A stretch of 64,000 bases of DNA, taken from positions 1 to 64,000 of the IMG/VR virus record IMGVR_UViG_3300030376_007431; one strand, written 5' to 3'. The notes under the pieces are model-generated. The model did not search any database and was not told where the DNA came from. It worked only from the letters and a program-made list of their open reading frames with translations. This document shows positions 35,277 through 45,071 of this stretch, one piece after another; position 1 is the stretch's first letter; each line of letters begins with the position of its first letter. The position numbers and the translations under genes are program-made. This stretch comes from a virus (lineage: Duplodnaviria; Caudoviricetes).

Positions 35277-36318
35277 TCCTGCGTTCGTTAAGGATATTAT
35301 TAAGAAATACGGAAATGTTATATCTACCGGAAATCAGATATTAGAAAAGAGGAAGGATTACAAAGTTATAACCGTAAGCCCTTCTATAGACTTATCTCTT
35401 AGCGGAGGTATTAAGGAAGGATCTTGGGTTATCCTTACAGGAGACCCTAAATGCGGCAAGACCACAACCGCCTTACAGATAGCAGCGAACTGCCAGAAAG
35501 AGGGAAGGCCCATCATATATCTTGATGCCGAAGGTAGACTCAAAGAAATGAACCTGCTTGGCGTTGATGGTCTCGACAAAGAAAAGATGCAGGTTATCCA
35601 TTCTGAAGATGAGCCTTTGAGTGCAGAAACCTTTTTAGATATTGCGGTTAAATTAGTTAGCGCAAAAGAAAATGAAGGTTGTGTCTGTATTATCGACTCG
35701 ACATCTGCTCTTATGCCAGCCAAAGAACTAGATGGAGATATGACTCCCGGACGGGCTGGACTACCAAAAATTTTGTCGGTGTTCTGTAAGAAGATGGGAC
35801 AGATTGTGCCAAACCAGCGAGCAACTATAATTATCATTACCCACTTCATCGCCAACACCTCTGGCTATGGAGCATCAAGGATGCCAGACTGTGGACGAAA
35901 GATTCAGTATCAAGCTGATACACGTATGGAAGTTAAATCAATTAGCCCTTGGGTTCAAGCTGACCGCCAAGTTGGACAGGCTGTTAATTGGAAGGTTGTT
36001 TGCTCATCTATGGGTTCGCCCGGAACAGAGTGTCAAAGCTGGATCAAATATGGGCACGGCATAGATAAAATCCAAGAACTCATTATGCTCGGTCTAGACT
36101 TAGGTCTTATTGGCAAGGCTGGAGCTTGGTTCACATGCGAGTTTATGGTAGCCCATACAGACATTGTAAAAGAAATAAAACCAGAAATCAATATAGAAGA
36201 CACTGAAGCCGTGCTTAAATCTGTTAAATTTCAAGGACAAGAAAAGCTATATAATTTCTTCTTGTCAAATGATAAAGTGGTTGACAAACTAGAGAAAGAA
36301 ATTAGGTTAATGCTTTAA
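35254..36318 (+). CDS. recA: RecA/UvsX-like recombinase
   Basis: SIDLSLSGGI, Walker A GDPKCGKTT, YLDAEGR, Walker B IIDSTSAL, GAWF. Confidence 0.88.
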   Translation: MARVKKNDPAFVKDIIKKYGNVISTGNQILEKRKDYKVITVSPSIDLSLSGGIKEGSWVILTGDPKCGKTTTALQIAANCQKEGRPIIYLDAEGRLKEMNLLGVDGLDKEKMQVIHSEDEPLSAETFLDIAVKLVSAKENEGCVCIIDSTSALMPAKELDGDMTPGRAGLPKILSVFCKKMGQIVPNQRATIIIITHFIANTSGYGASRMPDCGRKIQYQADTRMEVKSISPWVQADRQVGQAVNWKVVCSSMGSPGTECQSWIKYGHGIDKIQELIMLGLDLGLIGKAGAWFTCEFMVAHTDIVKEIKPEINIEDTEAVLKSVKFQGQEKLYNFFLSNDKVVDKLEKEIRLML

Positions 36319-37283
36319 TGTATATACAACAGCACTGTAATATTAATCAGCAAAATAAGATATACAGTCCTATAGATATTCTAGACGACAAGACAACTAG
36401 ATGCTTCTTTGGTCTGCGTGGTGGGCATGTGGCTGGAGACGGCGATGTTTTTCGCACATGTCTTACGAGAGTCTTGGGTTTTAGCTTACGAGGCCTAGAG
36501 AACGCCTGTGAGGTAAACAATATTTCCTTTGCTGATCTTCCGAGAGAAAACTTGATAGTATTCTGCGATGATTTTTCAGCTCACTTTGATTACAGGGGAT
36601 ATAATAGAGCTTCTAAAAGTAGAAGAGGCACTAGACTAGAAAACCACTATTGGTTTGGTACTGATTTTGATAGATGGGCTCCTATTGACTTGGATTCGCT
36701 CTTCTCTCATTTTGGGAATATATTTATGACCAACCTAAAATCGCCAATAGTTTCTTCTTCTACAAATAAGCGCCTTTTCCCAATTCCTATTGGGCCATTT
36801 CCAGATAAAAGCTTTCACGATAAATTAGTTTTTGGTGAGAGCAAACAGAATTTGGTGCTGTCAAGTTTTGATATTACGCACCATAGTAGAGAGTCTTTAA
36901 ATGCAGTAATCAAAGAGCTCGATTATGTCACACATTTTGCACCAGAAGCAATGCCTATAAGAGAAGAGTTCTATAGGATGTTATCCGAACATAGGTTTTG
37001 TATTTCTCCAGAAGGAAATGCGTGTGATACGTTTAGAACTTGGGAATCAATATTGTGCAACTGTATTCCGATAGTGCAGAGCAGCTTTTGTGTGGATATA
37101 TTCTCCCGTATATGGCCAATGCTCAAAATGAATCCATATAAATTTGCTGAAAATCTTCCTGTGGAGATGTGCAAGTTTCTTCTTAAAAATCCTAACTACA
37201 AATATAAGGATGTAGAGCTTTTGAGACAAGAAAACATTGAGGGATTGTTAGAAAGGATAAAGTATGAATGTAGTAGGACTTGA
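36318..37283 (+). CDS. Exostosin-like (GT47-like) glycosyltransferase
   Basis: FCISPEGNACDTFRTWESILCNCIPIV. Confidence 0.7.
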   Translation: MYIQQHCNINQQNKIYSPIDILDDKTTRCFFGLRGGHVAGDGDVFRTCLTRVLGFSLRGLENACEVNNISFADLPRENLIVFCDDFSAHFDYRGYNRASKSRRGTRLENHYWFGTDFDRWAPIDLDSLFSHFGNIFMTNLKSPIVSSSTNKRLFPIPIGPFPDKSFHDKLVFGESKQNLVLSSFDITHHSRESLNAVIKELDYVTHFAPEAMPIREEFYRMLSEHRFCISPEGNACDTFRTWESILCNCIPIVQSSFCVDIFSRIWPMLKMNPYKFAENLPVEMCKFLLKNPNYKYKDVELLRQENIEGLLERIKYECSRT

Positions 37284-37677
37284 TGGCAAGACTTGGATTT
37301 GGAATCCAACAAGAAGTCAGGCCTCAGTTGATGAAAAAAATAGGTCTTCTTTTCATAAAAAAGCCAAAACCCTCTTGAAAAAGGTTTACCCGTATGATAG
37401 AATTCTACAAGAAGTCACCCTTCCGGGAACAAAAACAGGATCAAGAAAGACACTTCTTTACGCAGACCTGTATATCCCCAATAGAGATTTGATAGTAGAG
37501 ATTCATGGCCAACAGCATTATGAATTTAACTCATTTTTTCACAAGGACAAAATGGCATTTTTCAAAGCCCAAGCTAGAGATAACGATAAGAAAGCTTGGT
37601 GTGAAATGAATGACATAACTCTTGTTGTGTTGTCATATAATGAATCTATAGAAGAATGGAGGAGCAAACTTGACTAA
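37264..37677 (+). CDS. DUF559/Vsr-like endonuclease
   Basis: ADLYIPNRDLIVEIHGQQH...RDNDKKAWC. Confidence 0.75.
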   Translation: MNVVGLDGKTWIWNPTRSQASVDEKNRSSFHKKAKTLLKKVYPYDRILQEVTLPGTKTGSRKTLLYADLYIPNRDLIVEIHGQQHYEFNSFFHKDKMAFFKAQARDNDKKAWCEMNDITLVVLSYNESIEEWRSKLD

Positions 37678-38137
37678 CGAACAAAAACTTACAGAATTTT
37701 TGAAGAATGTAGATGATTGGATTGAAGATAGGCATGCGGAATTAGCCGATATAAATGAAGAGGTCGAGGGCATAATGCAGTTGACATCTGAGCAGGTGCA
37801 AGACTTAGACCCTCAGACAGCACTTTCTCATAGCTTTGTGCTTTTTGCCCATGCAGAATACATACAAACATTACATAATAAAGAGAGAACCGTTCTCGAC
37901 TTCTGCTCCAATAGCATTTGGTTTATTGTTGCAGACAAGATGGACAACTATGGCGGCCAGTACTCAAAATGGGAAGTTAGATATCACTCTGCTGTTAAAG
38001 AAAACCCTTTGGCGTCAGAGCTGTATAGACTTAAATTATCTGCAGAAGCTAGATTAAACCGCCTGCAATCAAAGTCCGAAAATGTTAGAAGAATGGCGTC
38101 TGTTTTACAAGACATAGGCAAAAGAAGAGGATACTAA
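37670..38137 (+). CDS. Helical hypothetical protein (recombination-mediator-like position)
   Basis: ORF track; predicted coiled; no recognisable motif. Confidence 0.55.
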   Translation: MTNEQKLTEFLKNVDDWIEDRHAELADINEEVEGIMQLTSEQVQDLDPQTALSHSFVLFAHAEYIQTLHNKERTVLDFCSNSIWFIVADKMDNYGGQYSKWEVRYHSAVKENPLASELYRLKLSAEARLNRLQSKSENVRRMASVLQDIGKRRGY

Positions 38138-38577
38138 TGAGCATTATAGATACCGCAAAAAAGCTATTACAAAAAGCTATTGAGCTAAATGACGACGACT
38201 TGATTAGAATGGCTAATGCTCTATTGGAAGATGAGGTTGATGCTATAGTCAAAGACGTTTCATTGCCAGAACCTGAACCACAAGTTGAGGTTTCAGATAC
38301 TCGCATTGACACTTCTCAGTTTACTGTAGAAAAAAGAGCTTCCAAGAAAAAGTCTCAAGCAGTAAATGAAGTATCTCGCGGAGAGAACCTTTTTGTTGAC
38401 GACGGGACAGAGCATAGCGATATAGAAACTCCAGACTTTATCCCAACACAAAGGAGAGGCGCGTCTAGAGACGTAACGCAAACATGCGAGGAGTGTGGGA
38501 AAAAATTTAAAGTACCCAAGGTTCACAGTAGAGAGTTTTTTGTGTGTGATACCTGCTTAAATAATAGGATTAGATAA
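38137..38577 (+). CDS. Hypothetical protein with C-terminal zinc finger
   Basis: CEECG...VCDTC. Confidence 0.6.
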   Translation: MSIIDTAKKLLQKAIELNDDDLIRMANALLEDEVDAIVKDVSLPEPEPQVEVSDTRIDTSQFTVEKRASKKKSQAVNEVSRGENLFVDDGTEHSDIETPDFIPTQRRGASRDVTQTCEECGKKFKVPKVHSREFFVCDTCLNNRIR

Positions 38578-38578
38578 T

Positions 38579-39001
38579 ATGATTAAAGTTAAGCTGTTAA
38601 GCGAAGAGGCTAAAGTGCCAACCAAATCACATAAGTCTGATGCTGGCTGGGATCTGTACGCTTCCGGCACATCGCAACCAGTTTATCCGCATAAAAGAAG
38701 ACTGGTTTCTACAGATATATGTATAGCTATTCCTGATGGCTATTGTGGGTTAATTTGGCCAAGATCTGGTTTATCGGTTAACAATGGAATTGATGTTCTT
38801 GCTGGGGTGATTGACTCCGGATACAGGGGAGAAATAAAAGTGTGCCTGTTCAATACATCAGATACACTAGTACATATTCATCCGGGTGATAGAATCGCTC
38901 AATTAATTGTACAGAAAGTTGAAGATATTAATTTTTTAGAGGTTGACAGTCTTGACGATAGTGATCGTGGAGATGGCGGCTTCGGAAGCACGGGGAAGTA
39001 A
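38579..39001 (+). CDS. dut: Trimeric dUTPase
   Basis: AGWDL, PRSGLS, GVIDSGYRGEI, GDRIAQLI, RGDGGFGSTG. Confidence 0.96.
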   Translation: MIKVKLLSEEAKVPTKSHKSDAGWDLYASGTSQPVYPHKRRLVSTDICIAIPDGYCGLIWPRSGLSVNNGIDVLAGVIDSGYRGEIKVCLFNTSDTLVHIHPGDRIAQLIVQKVEDINFLEVDSLDDSDRGDGGFGSTGK

Positions 39002-39391
39002 ATGCCTTTATTTAACAAAAAAGAATATAGTATTTTAGAAAAAAACGGACTGTTCGTCGTCTACGAAAAAATAGAGAGTGAAGATGGTAGCTATACTAAC
39101 AAAGAGGTGGCTAGCTACAATACAGAGGAGGATGCTGAAGACTCTATTAAATCAAAAAAGGAACTTAAAAAAGAAGACAGGAAGGAACGTAGAGAAGAAA
39201 AGGTCGGAGAAAGACGAGAATACCGATTAGAGAAGCTGAACGCACTAAAAGAAAAGTTTTATGCGGTTGCATCTAAAAGAAAATGGTTGTTTTTTATCAT
39301 TGCAGGTGCTATAGTAGCATACCTAGTTATCTTCAAAGGCGGTTTTGGAGGCGGTGATATTCTAACTAAGATCAAAGGATTTTTTGGATAA
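39002..39391 (+). CDS. Hypothetical protein with C-terminal TM helix
   Basis: Charged core followed by WLFFIIAGAIVAYLVIF. Confidence 0.6.
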   Translation: MPLFNKKEYSILEKNGLFVVYEKIESEDGSYTNKEVASYNTEEDAEDSIKSKKELKKEDRKERREEKVGERREYRLEKLNALKEKFYAVASKRKWLFFIIAGAIVAYLVIFKGGFGGGDILTKIKGFFG

Positions 39392-39489
39392 TGAAAAAAG
39401 CAATTACTTTAGAGTGGAAAGATTTTTTACTTGGTGTTTTTTTGAGTGCTACTATTTGTATGGGATTCTATATTTTTAGAGGTATGTAA
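39391..39489 (+). CDS. 32-aa membrane peptide (not in ORF track)
   Basis: TAATG overlap; MKKAITLEWKDFLLGVFLSATICMGFYIFRGM*. Confidence 0.45.
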   Translation: MKKAITLEWKDFLLGVFLSATICMGFYIFRGM

Positions 39490-39657
39490 ATGACTTTTGG
39501 TATGACGGCTATCGCTGTCTCTGCAGTGATGTATGTTATTGTTGGGTTTTCTTGTATTAGGCAAAAAGATCAACCACATGCGCTTATGTGGTTTTCTTAT
39601 GCTATGGCTAACATTGGATTATTATGGTACGAAATAAAGAAAATAAGCGGAGGCTAG
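39490..39657 (+). CDS. 55-aa two-TM membrane protein (not in ORF track)
   Basis: MTFGMTAIAVSAVMYVIVGFSCIRQKDQPHALMWFSYAMANIGLLWYEIKKISGG*. Confidence 0.55.
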   Translation: MTFGMTAIAVSAVMYVIVGFSCIRQKDQPHALMWFSYAMANIGLLWYEIKKISGG

Positions 39658-41099
39658 AAGACGTAGCTGCAGAAAGAGCTGTGCTTGCAGGCCTTTGTCA
39701 ATATGGGATAGATGTCCTTCTTGATATTGATTACATTGACACTGATTACTTTGTAGATGACAAGAATCAGATTATATTTAATTGTGTTAAGAAGGCTTTA
39801 AAGGATACGCAGAGAGCTGAGTTAGCTTCAATCCTATCTGCAGCGAATCAACTCGACTTATACGCTAATATCAGCAATCAGGAAGAGATAGGCTTTTTGC
39901 GGTCTTTGTTCAATTTTCCAATACATCAAGAAAATGTCAGAGTTCACGCCGAGAAGCTAGCTAAACTTAAAGTGGCTAGGGATGTCAAGCAGACGCTTAG
40001 TATCTGCTCTTCTAGAATTGAAAAGATAACTGGAGATGAAGATATAAACGACATCATCTCAATCGTAGAGACTCCCGTTCTTGATGCCACGGCTAAAATA
40101 TATCAAACATCTGATAACAAACCGGAAATTATCGGAGGAGAACTGGAAGAGTATATCGAGTTCTTGAAAGACAACCAGAGCGAAATGATGGGAATTAGTA
40201 CTGGCTTCCCTACCTATGATGAGGCAATCGGTGGTGGCCTAAGAAGAAAGTGCGTGGATCTTGTCGCTGCTCGCCCAAAGGTTGGTAAGTCTATGTTTGG
40301 TGACGCCGTAGCTATGCATGTCGCTAAGAACCTAAATATCCCTGTGTTAATGCTAGATACAGAAATGTCAAAGGAAGACCACCTCAATCGTATGCTGGCA
40401 AACATTAGCGGTGTTGAAATAAATAATATCGCCAGCGGAAATTTTGCAAGCAACAATCTTAATACTGAAAAAATTGAGTGTGCTGCGGATGAACTTTCTG
40501 AAATACCTTATCATTATGTGAGTATTGCGGGACAACCTTTCGAGAATATATTGAGTATAATGCGTAAATGGATTTACCAAGAGGTTGGTTTTGATGAGAA
40601 CGGCAGAACAAAAGATTGTTTAATTATTTATGACTACCTGAAACTAATGAACTCTTCCAGTATTTCTAACTCTATGCAGGAGTTCCAAGTGTTGGGGTTT
40701 CAAATAACACAACTTCATAACTTCTGTGTTAAGTATGATGTCCCCTGCCTAAGCTTTGTGCAGTTAAACAGAGATGGAATTACAAAAGAGTCAACAGACG
40801 TTGTTTCAGGATCTGACAGGCTTATATGGCTATGTACGAGCTTTACTATCTTTAAGATGAAGTCCGACGAAGAAATTGCTGATGACGATGAAGACAATGG
40901 TAATAGAAAACTTGTTCCGATTGTTGCTAGACATGGAGCAGGACTTGATGACGGTGATTACATAAATATGAATATGTTTGGAAAGTTTGGCAAGCTAGTA
41001 GAAGGCCAGACAAGAAATCAATTGAAAACTAAATCTAGGATTAGGGATAATGGATTCGACTCAGCAGGTGAACAACCAGCAGATATTGAAGCTGTCTAA
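39624..41099 (+). CDS. dnaB: DnaB-family replicative helicase
   Basis: AERAVLAGL N-domain, ISTGFP..DE.IGG, AARPKVGKS, DTEMS, IIYDYLKLM, SFVQLNR; no intein. Confidence 0.93.
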   Translation: MVRNKENKRRLEDVAAERAVLAGLCQYGIDVLLDIDYIDTDYFVDDKNQIIFNCVKKALKDTQRAELASILSAANQLDLYANISNQEEIGFLRSLFNFPIHQENVRVHAEKLAKLKVARDVKQTLSICSSRIEKITGDEDINDIISIVETPVLDATAKIYQTSDNKPEIIGGELEEYIEFLKDNQSEMMGISTGFPTYDEAIGGGLRRKCVDLVAARPKVGKSMFGDAVAMHVAKNLNIPVLMLDTEMSKEDHLNRMLANISGVEINNIASGNFASNNLNTEKIECAADELSEIPYHYVSIAGQPFENILSIMRKWIYQEVGFDENGRTKDCLIIYDYLKLMNSSSISNSMQEFQVLGFQITQLHNFCVKYDVPCLSFVQLNRDGITKESTDVVSGSDRLIWLCTSFTIFKMKSDEEIADDDEDNGNRKLVPIVARHGAGLDDGDYINMNMFGKFGKLVEGQTRNQLKTKSRIRDNGFDSAGEQPADIEAV

Positions 41100-42102
41100 C
41101 CAGCTATTTACAAAATTGGATGCACTGTTAAAATACTTTGATATAGACTATATTGAGTACCCAAATAGGTATGCGTTTGCATGTCCTATACATGGTGGAG
41201 ATAACCCAGAGGGGTGCAGTATCTTTACTGACGGGAATACAGCTAAAGGAAACTGGAATTGTTGGACTAACAACTGTCAAGAAGATTTCGGCAGGAATCT
41301 ATTTGGTTTTGTGCGAGGTGTGCTTTCTAATGACAGGGCCACAACAGTCAGTATTCAAGAGACGGTAAAATTCTGTTTGAAATTTCTTGGGCTAAGTAGT
41401 GATGACTTACAATTTGTCAAAGACATAGAAACCAACAATGACATTAAACTCTTGGATATTTTTGATAGAAGCCCACAAAGAACAGAATCCTCTATAGATA
41501 GAGCAACTGTAATAGAGAGCATTGACATTCCTGCAAAATATTATATTAACCGAGGTTACACGCAAGAGATCCTCAAGACATTTGATATAGGAACCTGCAA
41601 CAAAAAAAGCAGACCAATGTCCGGAAGAGTTGTTGTCCCAATCTATGATGAAGGATATAATTACATTGGCTGCATAGGAAGAGCGAAGTATGATAACATG
41701 AAACCAAAGTGGTTGCATAGCAAAGGCTTTAAGAAAAGCTCATATCTATATGGCCTCAATGTGGCGAAAGACAAGATACTTTCTACATCAACAGCAGTTT
41801 TAGTTGAAGGTCAAGGTGATGTATGGCGTATGCACGAGGCTGGAATTACAAATACAGTCGGTATATTCGGAGCTAACCTGAGTGATGATCAACTAGTACT
41901 TTTGGAGAGAAGTGGAGCACTTAATCTAGTTATATTAACTGATTACGACGATGCCGGCTGTAGAGCTGCTGAACAGATAATTGCTAAATGCGGAAGAAGA
42001 TTCAATTACTACCGTCCTGAAATCACAGAAAAAGATGTTGGAGACATGACGGTAGAACAAATACAAACACAAATTATAGATGAATTGGACGGAGTAATAT
42101 AA
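41050..42102 (+). CDS. dnaG: DnaG-type primase (zinc-binding domain plus TOPRIM)
   Basis: CPIHGGDN...WNCWTNNC; RVVVPIYD...GR; LYGL; VLVEGQGDV; TDYDDAG. Confidence 0.88.
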   Translation: MDSTQQVNNQQILKLSNQLFTKLDALLKYFDIDYIEYPNRYAFACPIHGGDNPEGCSIFTDGNTAKGNWNCWTNNCQEDFGRNLFGFVRGVLSNDRATTVSIQETVKFCLKFLGLSSDDLQFVKDIETNNDIKLLDIFDRSPQRTESSIDRATVIESIDIPAKYYINRGYTQEILKTFDIGTCNKKSRPMSGRVVVPIYDEGYNYIGCIGRAKYDNMKPKWLHSKGFKKSSYLYGLNVAKDKILSTSTAVLVEGQGDVWRMHEAGITNTVGIFGANLSDDQLVLLERSGALNLVILTDYDDAGCRAAEQIIAKCGRRFNYYRPEITEKDVGDMTVEQIQTQIIDELDGVI

Positions 42103-42923
42103 TGACAAAAATCATTGCCTTTGCCGGCAAGAAACAATCTGGCAAGAATACATGCTGCTCGTTTTTACATGGGTATCAGTTGAGGTCATACCATTTGGTC
42201 GAAGATTTCGGTCTGGATGAGGAAGGTTGCTTAGTTGTAGACACTATGATGCTCGACGCATCTGGACAAGCTCAAAAAACAATGGGCGCCCTAGATGTCA
42301 CTAGAACAGACCACGATTTTAGTTTGTGGGCAGCGTCAAACATGTGGCCCTTTGTTAAGCATTACTCTTTCGCATCGGCGCTTAAAGAAATATGCGTTGG
42401 TTTATTTGGTCTCAGTAAAGACCAGTGTTATGGCTCTGATATAGACAAGAATCAGCTTACTTGGTTTAGGTGGTCAGACATGCCCGGATATAAAGGCAAG
42501 AAAAAAGATAAGATGACAGCTAGAGAGTTTATGCAGTATGTTGGAACAGATGTATTTAGATACATACATCCAAGCATATGGACTGATAGAACATTATCTA
42601 GCATTAGCAATGAGTCTCCTGCCTTGGCGCTCATCTCAGATTGTCGATTCCAAAATGAGGTGGAGGCCGTACAGAGAGCGGGAGGAAAAATAATTAAACT
42701 TACTAGAGGTTTAGATTCCGATGGCCACTCTAGTGAAACCTCTGTGGATAAACTTAAGGGGTGTGATGCGATCATCGACAATTCTAAATTAACCATCGAA
42801 GAGACAAACGGTGAGATTGTAGAACTTATGAACTCTTGGGGTTGGCTCGGTAGTGTAATCGAGAAGCCTAAAGAAAAAGACCCAGACAATTTAGTCGGCG
42901 GCATACAAAAGATTAAGGAATAA
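42102..42923 (+). CDS. Deoxynucleoside monophosphate kinase (T4 gp1-like)
   Basis: IAFAGKKQSGKNT, SFASALKE, REFMQYVGTD, ISDCRFQNE, HSSE. Confidence 0.85.
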   Translation: MTKIIAFAGKKQSGKNTCCSFLHGYQLRSYHLVEDFGLDEEGCLVVDTMMLDASGQAQKTMGALDVTRTDHDFSLWAASNMWPFVKHYSFASALKEICVGLFGLSKDQCYGSDIDKNQLTWFRWSDMPGYKGKKKDKMTAREFMQYVGTDVFRYIHPSIWTDRTLSSISNESPALALISDCRFQNEVEAVQRAGGKIIKLTRGLDSDGHSSETSVDKLKGCDAIIDNSKLTIEETNGEIVELMNSWGWLGSVIEKPKEKDPDNLVGGIQKIKE

Positions 42924-42924
42924 A

Positions 42925-43938
42925 ATGTTAGTAACATATATACGTAGCTCTAGCTACAACAATTTTGAGTACTGTGAGATGCAGTATTTTATGACTTATG
43001 TTTTGGGCCACCAGACAGTATCTGGCAAGAAAGCCCAGCTAGGTACAGTTGTTCATAAGGTTATGGAAGTCCTTGCTGGATGCAAAAAGATTTTACAGGA
43101 TAAAGGCGAGCTATTGCTTAAGGATGACGCTATCGGAGAGGTCGAGTTTACAAAACGTAGACTCGGAACAAAGAAATTTGTAAACGAAATCCTTAAGCGT
43201 AGCTACGACCACTATACCGGAAGTTGTAGCCATCACTACACAAATGCTGACTACAAGTTTTGTGATAAGACAACTTGGGAAGGCTTGACTTATGACGATG
43301 GCAATTTTGATCCCCGTAAAAGAAATATAGTAGCCGCAGAGCCGCAGTTCGACATCCTTATTGAGGAAGACTGGGCTAAGTATGAATACAAAATGCCTGA
43401 CGGACAAGTCATAGAAGGGCAACTAGCAATAAAGGGCACTATTGACCTTGTAACCGAAGTCGATGACGGCGTTATAGAGGTTATTGACTGGAAGACTGGA
43501 AGACGATTAAATTGGGCTACAGGTGAAGAGAAGACATATGAGAAGCTATGCAAAGACCCGCAATTAATGCTCTATCATTATGCTATTTCTAAGCTTTTTC
43601 CTGAATATCAAGATGCAATCATGTCGATATATTTTATTAGAGACGGCGGTCCATTTAGCATTTGTTTTGAGGAAAGTGACAGACAAAAGTTTTTAGGTAT
43701 GCTTAAAGATAGGTTTGAACAAATTAAGAAAACAACACGACCAAAAATGTTATCTAGGAATCAGGCGCATTGGAAGTGTCAGAAGCTTTGTGATTTCTGC
43801 AAAAAAGATTGGCCCGGAACTAATGAGAGTATGTGTAAACATGTTAGTGACCACCTAGATCAATTTGGAATGTTAGATACAGTACAAAATTGCACAAGAG
43901 AAGGATTTGATGTTGGATACTACGAAGCGCCCGGATAA
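42925..43938 (+). CDS. PD-(D/E)xK Cas4/RecB-like exonuclease
   Basis: SSSYNNFEYC, GTVVHKVME, GTIDLV, IDWKTG, QLMLY, C-terminal C..CDFC. Confidence 0.85.
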   Translation: MLVTYIRSSSYNNFEYCEMQYFMTYVLGHQTVSGKKAQLGTVVHKVMEVLAGCKKILQDKGELLLKDDAIGEVEFTKRRLGTKKFVNEILKRSYDHYTGSCSHHYTNADYKFCDKTTWEGLTYDDGNFDPRKRNIVAAEPQFDILIEEDWAKYEYKMPDGQVIEGQLAIKGTIDLVTEVDDGVIEVIDWKTGRRLNWATGEEKTYEKLCKDPQLMLYHYAISKLFPEYQDAIMSIYFIRDGGPFSICFEESDRQKFLGMLKDRFEQIKKTTRPKMLSRNQAHWKCQKLCDFCKKDWPGTNESMCKHVSDHLDQFGMLDTVQNCTREGFDVGYYEAPG

Positions 43939-43951
43939 AGGAAGAAAAAAG

Positions 43952-44575
43952 ATGGAACACTATTATCAAGATGTAGAGGGATGGTGGGGAGAACCTGATG
44001 TCTCTAAATATAAAGAAATGGTAAGAAAATTTGATAGCGGCTCTCATTTTGTAGAGATAGGCTCTTTTAAGGGCAAAAGCACTGCGTGTATGGGTGTTGA
44101 AATTATAAATAGTGGTAAAGAGATAAAGTATGACCAAGTAGACACTTGGCTTGGTTCTACTGAGCATAGAGGTGACCCAAGTATAATCGGTGGAACTTTA
44201 TTTGATGAGTTCAATAAAAACACTGAAAAGGTTTCACATGTGATCAATCCTATTAGACTTGCGTCAGTGGAAGCATCTAAGCTTTACGAAGATGAATCTT
44301 TAGATTTTGTCTTCATTGACGCAGCACATGACCTTGTTAATGTTTTGAAGGATATAACTTCTTGGATTCCAAAAGTTAAGAAGGGCGGCGTGATTGCTGG
44401 GCATGATTATGGCGGAGGCTTTTTTGGCGTGAACGGAGCGGTTGATAATTACTTTGCGCAAATTCCAGAAGCTAAGGTAGAGTCTACGCCTGACTGCTCT
44501 TGGTGGCTCGTAAATAAGAATTTTCAAATTCCAGAATATTTAGATTTTCAGTATGTGTGGAACAAGATACAATGA
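43952..44575 (+). CDS. Class I SAM-dependent methyltransferase (Methyltransf_24-like)
   Basis: VEIGSFKGKS, VDTW, LDFVFIDAAH, VKKGGVIAGHDY. Confidence 0.88.
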   Translation: MEHYYQDVEGWWGEPDVSKYKEMVRKFDSGSHFVEIGSFKGKSTACMGVEIINSGKEIKYDQVDTWLGSTEHRGDPSIIGGTLFDEFNKNTEKVSHVINPIRLASVEASKLYEDESLDFVFIDAAHDLVNVLKDITSWIPKVKKGGVIAGHDYGGGFFGVNGAVDNYFAQIPEAKVESTPDCSWWLVNKNFQIPEYLDFQYVWNKIQ

Positions 44576-45054
44576 TAGAAGTACAAATTACAGACGACAT
44601 GAAGAAAAGAGCTTGGGCAAAATCCAGAGAGATGGGAGTGATTAAGAACTCCATCATGAAGGGCGATGGAAATATCGCAGGCTTTTTAGGTGAAGAGGTT
44701 GCAAATGTTGTTATCAATGGTACAATAAACAACACATATGATTACGACTTGGTTGCACAAGATGGGACTAAGTATGATGTAAAAACAAAGAGATGTACCT
44801 CAGCACCTAAACCGTTTTACGATTGCTCAGTAGCAAACTTTAACACTAAACAAAAGTGTGACCGTTATGTATTTGTCCGAATCGAGAACAAAAATAAGAG
44901 ATGGGGCAGAGCTTGGGTTTTAGGCTGGATGGGACACGACGAGTATTTTGAAAAGGCTCGCAAATTGACTAAGGGACAAACAGATCCGTCAAACGGCTTT
45001 GTTGTTAGAGCAGACTGCCATAATGTGGCTATCTCAGAATTGAATGAATTTTAA
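44572..45054 (+). CDS. Restriction-fold (PD-(D/E)xK-like) hypothetical protein
   Basis: GFLGE...YDYDL...YDVKTK. Confidence 0.55.
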   Translation: MIEVQITDDMKKRAWAKSREMGVIKNSIMKGDGNIAGFLGEEVANVVINGTINNTYDYDLVAQDGTKYDVKTKRCTSAPKPFYDCSVANFNTKQKCDRYVFVRIENKNKRWGRAWVLGWMGHDEYFEKARKLTKGQTDPSNGFVVRADCHNVAISELNEF

Positions 45055-45071
45055 CATTAGGACATATTGAC

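Noticed and set aside
37264-37677. DUF559-type nuclease as a mobile homing endonuclease
   Set aside because: It has no DNA-binding extension and does not interrupt a gene; it is more simply a core recombination-module nuclease.
42925-43938. Cas4-like nuclease as evidence of a CRISPR-Cas system
   Set aside because: There are no repeats, spacers or other cas genes; stand-alone Cas4/RecB-like exonucleases are routine in phage replication modules.
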